The notes beneath the pieces were generated by a model. It did not search any database. It worked only from the letters and a program-made list of their open reading frames with translations, and was not told where the DNA came from. A DNA stretch of 64,000 nucleotides from Patescibacteria group bacterium UBA3466 (GTDB lineage Bacteria > Patescibacteriota > Minisyncoccia > Phycocordibacterales > UBA918): positions 29,517-93,516 of the forward strand of contig DFRJ01000001.1 of assembly GCA_002378195.1 (NCBI GenBank), read 5' to 3'. Positions within the stretch are counted from its first letter, which is position 1. Every line of letters begins with the position of its first letter. This document shows positions 57,459 through 64,000 of the stretch, one piece after another. Both the position numbers and the translations under genes were made by a program.

Positions 57459-58049
57459 TTATTTGGTTTTCTTGTTGGCGGTGCGTTTTTCTTCGGCGAA
57501 TTTGTCCCGAGCTTCTATTCGCTGCCGCAGAATCTTCAGTCCTCGGTGCAATCGTACTGACACCACGTTTTCGCTTTCTTCGATAAGTTCACTGATTTCT
57601 TTGGGGCCGAGCTGATCGACAAACCGATAGATAATCACCTCACGGTACTGATCGGGCACCTCTTCCAAAAGTTCGAAGGCTTTTCTGCCATCGATGGTGG
57701 CGGCCAAGACCTCAACTGTACTTTCGGTCAGCTCATCGAAGGACCCTTCGTCTACTCCGTCATACTCCATGAGAGCATCTAGCGAGGCTTCTTTCTTCTT
57801 TCGGTATTCGTCAATAATTAGATTATTGAGAACTTTGTATAAAAACGGCCGAAAGGAATCGATCTCGTAGCCTTCCCTGGTATATGACCAGACTTTAGTA
57901 AACGCATCGTGCACCAAATCAATGGCTTTCTCACGGTTGCTAATACGAAGCATAGCGTGCCGAAATAAAGCATCGTTGTATTCCTCGAAAGCTTTCAAAA
58001 AACGCTCTTCGTGGTCACTTACGTTGTCAGTCGATTTCTTTCCCGCCAT
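57459..58049 (-). CDS. ECF-type RNA polymerase sigma-70 family factor
   Basis: Region 2 (FEEYNDALFRHAMLRISN...DLVHDAFTKVW) and region 4 (PDQYREVIIYRFVDQLGPKEISELIEESENVVSVRLHRGLKIL) are both present. Confidence 0.85.
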   Translation of the reverse strand: MAGKKSTDNVSDHEERFLKAFEEYNDALFRHAMLRISNREKAIDLVHDAFTKVWSYTREGYEIDSFRPFLYKVLNNLIIDEYRKKKEASLDALMEYDGVDEGSFDELTESTVEVLAATIDGRKAFELLEEVPDQYREVIIYRFVDQLGPKEISELIEESENVVSVRLHRGLKILRQRIEARDKFAEEKRTANKKTK

Positions 58050-58171
58050 GTAAGAACCATTATATACGTAGACGGCCGAAAAGCCGATATCTTACCGTCA
58101 AACGAGCGAGCAAAACAAATAGTGTCAACTTTTATTTTCGAGCGAGTGAAGACGGCAAGCTTGCTTACCGA

Positions 58172-58214
58172 ATTAAGCGGCAAATTTTGCTAAACGCAAA
58201 ATTTGCCGCTTAAT
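58172..58214. promoter_or_regulatory. 19-bp-arm perfect inverted repeat in the divergent sigma / 58317 intergenic region
   Basis: attaagcggcaaattttgc-taaac-gcaaaatttgccgcttaat. Confidence 0.55.
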
Positions 58215-58316
58215 ACTCACTAAATTGACAAGACGCTATTTTTATGATATTTTATGGGCTGAGATAAGTTTTTTTACTTCAACTGTTGCGCTTCAAACGA
58301 GGCAAGGAGAGAACTA

Positions 58317-58775
58317 ATGTCGAGGACTTTCAACTTAGAAATCGGTACGATTTCAATCCCCAAGCGTCCAGTCTGGTCGCTGATGAGCCTGGTAGTTTGG
58401 ATTTTCTTCAGTTTCGACCTTTTTTCCAGCTACATTTTGCCGGGGATGAGAGAAATTATAGACTTAGGGCTTGAGACTGTTAGTTGGTCTGATCTCCTCT
58501 TGGTCTGGCGTCCCATCATGGCTTACATCGTGGTTAGTGTTGGAATTTGTTTGCTAGTGAACAGCTTCAAACCACTAAAAAGCTGGGGTGAAGAGGGTCT
58601 CATGAGGGGTCTTATGAGTGGTCTCATTGTGGGTGTCATTTGGGGTGTCATTTGGGGTGTCATAGGGGGTGTCATTTGGGGTCACATGGGGGGTCTCTCT
58701 GGAGGTTTCATGGGGGGTCTCTTTGGAGGTCTCATGTGGAGTCTCTCTGGAGGTCTCAACACTGAGCTCAAATAG
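58317..58775 (+). CDS. Membrane protein with glycine-zipper tandem repeats
   Basis: The RBS is aaggaga. The N-terminal transmembrane region is followed by GLMSGLIVGVIWGVIWGVIGGVIWGHMGGLSGGFMGGLFGGLMWSLSGGL. Confidence 0.5.
   Translation: MSRTFNLEIGTISIPKRPVWSLMSLVVWIFFSFDLFSSYILPGMREIIDLGLETVSWSDLLLVWRPIMAYIVVSVGICLLVNSFKPLKSWGEEGLMRGLMSGLIVGVIWGVIWGVIGGVIWGHMGGLSGGFMGGLFGGLMWSLSGGLNTELK
58596..58757 (+). repeat. Tandem 12-nt and 21-24-nt DNA repeats inside the coding sequence
   Basis: Four or more copies of ggggtgtcattt are followed by three copies of ggaggt(c/t)tcatg(g)ggggtctct(c/t)t. Confidence 0.8.
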
Positions 58776-58820
58776 ACCGCGAGGTTAGGGGCGGGTTGCG
58801 ATAGCAACCCGCTTTTTTGT

Positions 58821-59453
58821 CTATTTTTCAGCAATCTCCCTAATTTTCTCAATCAGCTCTGGAAACTCCTCGATCAAGAAGTGGTTTTTGTCTGCGAAAG
58901 TAATGAATTCTGCTTCGGGCAATGCGTCCGCTAGAGCGACACCGTGCTCAAACGGCACCACAAAGTCATCCTTAGAATGCAAAACAAATAAATTATCTGT
59001 TTTCCCCAACAAAGGCCGAACCTCTGCAGGTTTAACCATAAAATCGTAACAATCGGAATCATCAAAGTCAGGCACTGCGTAAGCGCCTGAGAGCAAGAAA
59101 ATGGCTCCGGGACGAAACGGTAGGTCATTTTGACTAAGATACTTCGCCAAAAACATCGCACCAAGCGAAAAACCAATTACAACAGCCCCGTCCTCTAAGT
59201 ACCCAAAGTGCCGCTCGAACCAAATACTCCACTCCGAGAAAACCGCATTCTGACGATTGGGCATCGGTGGCATTATCACCTCATACTCATCTCCCATAAC
59301 CTCAGGTAATGTACTGGTCCATTTCTTTTGTGGCACCACACCATCATCTTTAGGAAGATGCCACAAGTCCGCTGTCTTTAGGCGCTCCAGAAAATCACCA
59401 TGATTTTTAAATGACTCCCCGCCGTGAATATAAAATACTTGTTGTTTATTCAT
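58821..59453 (-). CDS. Alpha/beta hydrolase (Ser hydrolase, YdeN-like)
   Basis: GFSLGAMF is a GxSxG motif. The start was set at MNKQQVFYIHGG, directly after the stop of the M3 peptidase gene. Confidence 0.7.
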   Translation of the reverse strand: MNKQQVFYIHGGESFKNHGDFLERLKTADLWHLPKDDGVVPQKKWTSTLPEVMGDEYEVIMPPMPNRQNAVFSEWSIWFERHFGYLEDGAVVIGFSLGAMFLAKYLSQNDLPFRPGAIFLLSGAYAVPDFDDSDCYDFMVKPAEVRPLLGKTDNLFVLHSKDDFVVPFEHGVALADALPEAEFITFADKNHFLIEEFPELIEKIREIAEK

Positions 59454-59454
59454 A

Positions 59455-61269
59455 CTAATTACTTTCATTTGCCATCTGTCGCACCCACTTGCCGTACTTA
59501 TCAGACATTTTATCAAAACCATTTTTATTGGTCGTGATGGTTTTCTTACCGTGAACCATTTTGATAGCAGCCTTGAGATTTACTTTTTTGCTTGGTTTCA
59601 CACCCTCCATTACCTTTTGTATTTTCTTAGTATTTCGCAAAGTGGCATCAGCTGACTGGGTTAGTTCTTTGATAATTGCTTTAGTTGAAAGCTTCTTACC
59701 GGTCGCCAGCTTCACACAGGTCATAAAATCTTCTTTTGCACCAAGTGCCCACACCCTCTTCATCTCCTTCCCTACGTTTGAATTATCGACGATGTGGCCA
59801 TACTTTTTGTAGAAGTACTCGCGCCACTGCGAGAGCGCAATCTCAGCCAGTCCATAGCCGTGGTAGCTACATGAACTTTCCCAAGAGTATATATGAGGCA
59901 CATTCAAGAGCATCAATGATGATTCGCTAAGATCGGTGAATTTTTGGTGATTTTTACGGGCCACCTTCTTGATATTCTCTTCAGTGACGTTTCTTAATTC
60001 ATAAATATCCCGCTCAAAGGCCGACACCATCGCTATAGACAGGATCCTACTAGGCTTCAGAAGCTCAGTAGCGCGTACTGCACGCTCGTGCAGTACAAAA
60101 GGATACGATTCCCCGTCCGCATTCTTGGCATAGCGGGCTTTCCATTCATAGCTAGCCATAATGGTATCGATAAACATGCTCTGGGTCTCAGACCAAGCAG
60201 CGGTTTGCGGAGCGTATTCATGGTTGAGGCACACATCTTGCTGTTCAATATTTAAGAAATGAGCCGCGTGCCCTCCTTCATGAAACAACGTGCGATATCC
60301 AACCGATCCAGAACCCACTTGCCCCGCCACTACATTACACGTGAAATTAGCTGACCCTGGTGATCGCTTTCCGGCATTAAAATGAACCAGCTTCGGCCAA
60401 TGACAAAAACCATTACTGTACTTCCCTTCTCGGTCCAGGAGATCGAGGGTGAGTTCTCCGCCCTTAAAGTCAATTCCAAGTCCAGCAAAAGACCGCCCCC
60501 AACGATCAAGCGCTTCCTCAAACTGAAAGTAGGGATCCTCTTCTTCAATAAAATTCCCCAACATCATATACCCAAAATTCCATGGCTTGCGTAAGCGTGG
60601 ACGTTTCTTTTCCAACTTCCGCAACTCAAGAAACGTTCCTTTGGTTTTATCCGCGATCTCGTCAAATAAACCAAACAGCTGTTCTTTGGACATCTTATCT
60701 TCCCGGTGCAGATTATAATCAAAGAAATCTGCAAAACCGACGGCTTGGGCAAACTGATTTCTTAGTTTTATCAGTTGGACATACTCGGTGAGACAGCTTT
60801 CGGCCAGCTTTTCTCTGGCTGCAAAACAAGCTTTTCTCAACTTTTCGTCGGGGCTAGTCTGCATCAGTGTGCGCATTTTTAAGATCGATGCTTTGACAAA
60901 TTTACTGGTCTTCGGATCAATATACCCCTCCTTTCTCTTGGCCAGTTTGTTTTGAATCTTTGATTCCAGTACATCAATCTTGTACTTGAGTTTTTTAGCC
61001 TCATCACTCATTTGGTATAGCCCGAAAAAATGTATCCAATCCTGAAGCCGTTCTTTATCTTTCTTGTTCGCTGATAGTGCTAGCGCTTCGGCCTGTTCTT
61101 TTAGTTTTTTGTCACTACGGAAGTGGTCGACGGCCTGCAAAGCTCTGTCCTTTTGCTCGGCGAGCGCACGGTCGCCCATGTAATACTTCCAAAATAAATC
61201 TTCGTATTTTTTATGTAAACTGACGTACCTTTTATTCAAAGTATGTAAAAATTTCTGAGTTTCTGTCAT
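59455..61269 (-). CDS. M3-family oligoendopeptidase (PepF-like)
   Basis: LFHEGGHAAHF is an HExxH motif within the M3 thermolysin-like fold, and the protein is 604 aa. Confidence 0.8.
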   Translation of the reverse strand: MTETQKFLHTLNKRYVSLHKKYEDLFWKYYMGDRALAEQKDRALQAVDHFRSDKKLKEQAEALALSANKKDKERLQDWIHFFGLYQMSDEAKKLKYKIDVLESKIQNKLAKRKEGYIDPKTSKFVKASILKMRTLMQTSPDEKLRKACFAAREKLAESCLTEYVQLIKLRNQFAQAVGFADFFDYNLHREDKMSKEQLFGLFDEIADKTKGTFLELRKLEKKRPRLRKPWNFGYMMLGNFIEEEDPYFQFEEALDRWGRSFAGLGIDFKGGELTLDLLDREGKYSNGFCHWPKLVHFNAGKRSPGSANFTCNVVAGQVGSGSVGYRTLFHEGGHAAHFLNIEQQDVCLNHEYAPQTAAWSETQSMFIDTIMASYEWKARYAKNADGESYPFVLHERAVRATELLKPSRILSIAMVSAFERDIYELRNVTEENIKKVARKNHQKFTDLSESSLMLLNVPHIYSWESSCSYHGYGLAEIALSQWREYFYKKYGHIVDNSNVGKEMKRVWALGAKEDFMTCVKLATGKKLSTKAIIKELTQSADATLRNTKKIQKVMEGVKPSKKVNLKAAIKMVHGKKTITTNKNGFDKMSDKYGKWVRQMANESN

Positions 61270-61327
61270 GTTTAAAATCTACCACAGATTGTTTCTGAAG
61301 TGGGTGCGTAACTTCTGGGACAATTGG

Positions 61328-62269
61328 CTAGAGCCAATCATTCCGACGAAAGTACCAAACCATCACACCTACCGCCACTACTACTACACCAACCACTATC
61401 ATAAATGCATTCGGATTAGCCGCAAAAGGCAGTGCCACGTTCATGCCATACAATGAGGCGATCACCATTGGTATGGTGAGGAGAATAGTCAAAACGGTCA
61501 GTGTCTTGATGCGTGAGTTCAAATTGATGGCCAGAATCGCTTCTGAAGCACTGCGCAAATTTTGAATTGTTTTCAAGAGTGTTCGAGCAGATTCAACCAC
61601 CTGCTCATTAGCAATTCGCACATCGTCAATCAGCTCTTTGTCCTCGGGGAAAATCTGCACATATGACCCGGTAGCCACCTTTTGCAATGACACGTTGGTC
61701 GGCACTACCGCCGAAACCATTTCGTTAAGTTTGTGCTCGAAGTTTACAAAGTGCTCCACTTCACGATTACTAATCCGACGAATCTTAGAGCGATCTTTAT
61801 TTACTGCGCGCCGTAATTGAATGAGCTCTCTCTCAAACGAGCTAGTGACCGATTCCATAACTTGAATGAATAGCTTGGTCTTTTGGGTGGTAAAAAACTC
61901 AATTTTGCCTTCAAGTAAAGTTTCTAGTCGCGGCACTTTTGTCAAAGCTACCGTTAAAACAAAAGCCTCACCGGTCACAATAAGTAGCGGCGCGGTATCC
62001 GACTCTTTATTTTTATCTTGGTGCGGGTAGCGAGTAAAGAAGTAACTCACCTCCCCCACCTTCTCGAGACGCGGAACCTCAAAGAAGTCTAGTGAGTCTT
62101 CAACAATGTTCATATCGAGGTCGAGTTGCTCACTCAAATCCTCCAACTCCGCTCGTGTCGGATTTTCCGCATGAATCCACACACCATTACGCAATTCGCT
62201 AATCTGCTTTAAGGAGGCATCTTGCACAGTGCGGAAGTAGTACTTAATCATGAGAGTATCGTACCACAC
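61328..62269 (-). CDS. corA: Magnesium/cobalt transporter CorA
   Basis: The C-terminal YGMN motif is followed by two transmembrane helices, and the N-terminal CorA cytoplasmic domain is present. Confidence 0.85.
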   Translation of the reverse strand: MWYDTLMIKYYFRTVQDASLKQISELRNGVWIHAENPTRAELEDLSEQLDLDMNIVEDSLDFFEVPRLEKVGEVSYFFTRYPHQDKNKESDTAPLLIVTGEAFVLTVALTKVPRLETLLEGKIEFFTTQKTKLFIQVMESVTSSFERELIQLRRAVNKDRSKIRRISNREVEHFVNFEHKLNEMVSAVVPTNVSLQKVATGSYVQIFPEDKELIDDVRIANEQVVESARTLLKTIQNLRSASEAILAINLNSRIKTLTVLTILLTIPMVIASLYGMNVALPFAANPNAFMIVVGVVVVAVGVMVWYFRRNDWL

Positions 62270-62428
62270 ACAAAACTACTCGCATTTTTTGAACTAAGAT
62301 GGTATATTTTGCGAACTTAAATGCGCATAACTACGCATGAAAGTCGAGTGATGATCGGGCTGTAAGCAAAGCTTGCACCCCTTCGTTCGGAAACTAAGTG
62401 TAAGCCAGCTTCCACTTCTTTCCTCTCT

Positions 62429-62499
62429 CGGGGTGTAGCATAATGGTAGTGTACACGGTTTGGGACCGTGCGGCCCGGGTTCGATTCCCGGCTCCCCGA
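62429..62499 (+). tRNA. tRNA-Pro (anticodon TGG)
   Basis: The hand fold gives acceptor cggggtg/ctccccg with one mismatch at 6:67, D-arm gcat/gtgt with two G-U pairs, anticodon stem cacgg/ccgtg with loop tttggga, and T-arm ccggg-ttcgatt-cccgg. A terminator hairpin follows at 62508-62540. Confidence 0.75.
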
Positions 62500-62624
62500 C
62501 AGCGAGTAAAATGGTCAGACTGTAGTCTGGCCATTTTACTTCTGTGGCCGGGATCGAAAAGGTTAGTCAGGTACTTTTGCGAATGCTTGGAGCAAAATAT
62601 CGACAACCTGCACTGAACCTGTAA

Positions 62625-62648
62625 GGTTCGATTCCCGGCTCCCCGACA
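62625..62648 (+). repeat. 24-nt duplicate of the tRNA-Pro 3' end (att-like scar)
   Basis: ggttcgattcccggctccccgaca is identical to 62478-62501, and the preceding T-stem strand is absent, so this copy is not a tRNA. Confidence 0.85.
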
Positions 62649-62749
62649 AAGAATTGAATAATCGGACCGTAGGTCTGATTATTTTTATTTTATGACCGCG
62701 ATCGAAGTGGCTAGTCGGACATCGTACATAAGAGGTTTACTGACTGAAT

Positions 62750-62765
62750 TGTTTCACGTGAAACG
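62750..62765. promoter_or_regulatory. parS-like site 1
   Basis: tgtttcacgtgaaacg matches the ParB-binding consensus tGTTtCACGTGAAACa at 15 of 16 positions. Confidence 0.7.
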
Positions 62766-62818
62766 TGAATCACGCGGCGTAAACCCCTGGCAAAATGCCT
62801 GATTTGCTACACATGAAA

Positions 62819-63268
62819 CTAACCTAGCACAATATTCCTCATATACTTAGCAGTAGCATACTTTTCACGTGGAACTATTCTAACTGCAATAACATCCACT
62901 TCCCACTCCCCATCATAGTCATTCTCCATAATCCAACTTTCAATTGCCCTATTCAGCCGCCTGATCTTAGAATAATGTACATTTTCCTCTGGCCGCCAGG
63001 TTCCACGTGAAATAGCCTCATCAAGTTCCCTCTTTGTTTCATATGAAACAGTTTTTACCTCAACAAACCTAATAATAGCGCTATTTTTAGTAGTTTCACG
63101 TGCAACAATGTCTATTTCTCCCCATTTTTTAAGGTAATTTACCTGCAATACTGCAAAACCCTTCCTTTTTAGGTAATTTGTGGCAATTTCCTCCCCAAGA
63201 GCGCCAATTTTATTCTTTTCTCCTTGTTTATCGCTTTGTTTCATGTGTAACAGATCAAAATGTTTCAC
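62819..63268 (-). CDS. yraN: YraN-family (UPF0102) endonuclease
   Basis: GEEIATNYLKRKGFAVLQVNY...GEIDIVARE...IRFVEVKT matches the YraN/UPF0102 pattern. Confidence 0.75.
   Translation of the reverse strand: MKHFDLLHMKQSDKQGEKNKIGALGEEIATNYLKRKGFAVLQVNYLKKWGEIDIVARETTKNSAIIRFVEVKTVSYETKRELDEAISRGTWRPEENVHYSKIRRLNRAIESWIMENDYDGEWEVDVIAVRIVPREKYATAKYMRNIVLG
62861..62876. promoter_or_regulatory. parS-like site 2 (weak)
   Basis: cttttcacgtggaact matches at 12 of 16 positions and lies inside the yraN coding sequence, where it encodes PREK. Confidence 0.4.
62999..63014. promoter_or_regulatory. parS-like site 3
   Basis: ggttccacgtgaaata matches at 13-14 of 16 positions, the TGTTCCAC variant known from Bacillus. 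It lies inside yraN, where it encodes ISRGT. Confidence 0.55.
63092..63107. promoter_or_regulatory. parS-like site 4
   Basis: agtttcacgtgcaaca matches at 14 of 16 positions and lies inside yraN, where it encodes VARET. Confidence 0.55.
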
Positions 63269-63275
63269 GTGAAAC
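63260..63275. promoter_or_regulatory. parS-like site 5
   Basis: tgtttcacgtgaaacg matches at 15 of 16 positions, is identical to site 1, and lies at the yraN start. Confidence 0.7.
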
Positions 63276-63346
63276 GTTTAGATCTTAGCGTTTATTAAAT
63301 GTTTTATAAAAAACCCTTGTATTATAACACTTTTTTATAAAGGACA

Positions 63347-63414
63347 TTTGGATAATAGATCTGTGGATTGTCCCTTATCCACCTATCCACACAGTTTTCC
63401 CCAGTTATCCACAG
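63347..63414. promoter_or_regulatory. DnaA-box cluster (candidate oriC or DnaA-regulated region)
   Basis: The boxes are tgtggattg (63363, reverse complement of caatccaca), ttatccacc (63376), ctatccaca (63384) and the perfect ttatccaca (63406), plus tttggataa (63347). An AT-rich stretch lies just upstream (63281-63345). Confidence 0.6.
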
Positions 63415-63496
63415 CTAAATTGATCAAACCACACAGCCATGATTACAAATGTCTGCGGCCTAACCCCCGTGGGCTATGAGATGATCCCCAGGGAGG

Positions 63497-63609
63497 GTGG
63501 CTGCAGGGAATCGGTCACCTATTCAGCCTAGTCTTAAGTACTTGGTGCCCCAGCTCGCCTATTTTCTCCCTTATGAGGGGGAGAAAATTATGGCTCCGCT
63601 TCACAAATA
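63497..63609 (-). repeat. Mosaic element copy B, flanked by a tRNA-Gly(GCC) 3'-end duplicate
   Basis: The reverse complement gaagcggagccataattttctccccctcataagggagaaaataggcgagctggggcaccaagtactta...ggtgacc|gattccctgcagcc matches A. Its terminal gctgcagggaatcg matches the tRNA-Gly(GCC) 3' end gctacagggaatcg at 13 of 14 positions. Confidence 0.7.
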
Positions 63610-63687
63610 GTGTACGCAAGCCAAGCAGTTGGCTTGCTATAAACAAAATCACCTGATTACTCAGGTGATTTTGCTTATACACTTTTG

Positions 63688-63758
63688 TGCGGCTACAGGG
63701 AATCGAACCCTGATCTTATCGTTGGCAACGATACGTTCTACCACTAAACTATAGCCGC
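63688..63758 (-). tRNA. tRNA-Gly (anticodon GCC)
   Basis: The minus-strand hand fold gives acceptor gcggcta/tagccgc, D-arm gttt/gaac, anticodon stem tatcg/cgata with loop ttgccaa, and T-arm caggg-ttcgatt-ccctg. A palindromic terminator lies at 63646-63675. Confidence 0.85.
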
Positions 63759-63770
63759 TTATTTATTGTC

Positions 63771-64000
63771 TTACCAAGACTTTTTAACTAATTGCACCCA
63801 AGCTTTTAGTTTTTGTTTGTGGTAAGTGCTGGCGATTATAGTATTTCCCACGCTTTTCTGCAACACTTTATCTGAACTCTTATTTACAAACTGATTCTTG
63901 TAAAAGGCGGTGTAGGGAAGAGAAGTGCATTTAGACCACTGTTTCATGGCTTTTTCTTCGCTTGCTTGGCCGTAAAGCTGCAACCAAAGGTGGATTTTGG
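63771..64000 (-). CDS. C-terminal fragment of an unidentified protein, running off the window edge
   Basis: The reading frame stays open to position 64000. The M in the track corresponds to a TTG, not an ATG, so this is the 3' part of a longer gene. Confidence 0.3.
   Translation of the reverse strand, partial: KIHLWLQLYGQASEEKAMKQWSKCTSLPYTAFYKNQFVNKSSDKVLQKSVGNTIIASTYHKQKLKAWVQLVKKSW

Noticed and set aside
63771-63983. The final ORF as a complete 70-aa gene
   Set aside because: Its first codon is TTG and the frame stays open upstream to the window edge. It is treated as the C-terminal fragment of a longer unidentified gene.

Overview
The window is a 64-kb chromosomal segment from a small-genome bacterium with moderate-to-low GC (no GC figure was computed). 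The gene content, with a type IV pilus cluster, a trigger factor that appears to lack its PPIase domain, and many small hypothetical proteins, looks like a reduced CPR or Saccharibacteria-like lineage, but that placement is not verified. Recognisable housekeeping genes are fusA, rpsL-rpsG, rpmB, nusA, ppa, tig, clpP, rny, hup, pgk-tpiA, recJ, rnhA, gdhA, an ABC-F ATPase and corA. Also present are a pilB/pilC/pseudopilin block, an ECF sigma/anti-sigma pair, a split comEC, and three tRNAs: Gly-TCC, Pro-TGG and Gly-GCC. No rRNA gene, CRISPR array, integrase or transposase was recognised. What makes the window unusual is its intergenic repeat architecture, which the ORF track does not explain. (1) A mosaic family of at least seven 80-180-nt elements carries a hairpin whose stem is kept by compensatory changes. 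Three copies sit directly beside duplicated tRNA 3' ends at tRNA-Gly(TCC) and tRNA-Gly(GCC), with a similar scar at tRNA-Pro, so they look like miniature tRNA-targeting integrative elements or their remnants. (2) A roughly 2.7-kb accessory island at tRNA-Gly(TCC) holds an array of small genes (two Nudix hydrolases, an HExxH protein and unknowns, with a CYTH protein just outside), punctuated by five copies of a 30-nt direct repeat, each followed by a unique terminator hairpin. (3) A perfect 75-bp direct repeat brackets a two-gene cassette and also forms the C-terminus of comEC, whose metallo-beta-lactamase domain is encoded separately 2.4 kb away. (4) A likely replication-origin and partition region has five parS-like palindromes (three inside the yraN coding sequence) next to a cluster of four DnaA boxes. 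(5) A 14-kb mixed block separates rpsL-rpsG from fusA. Several terminator-delimited small-RNA candidates, long perfect palindromes and a fusion of an FAD-disulfide oxidoreductase with a DedA-family membrane domain are also flagged.
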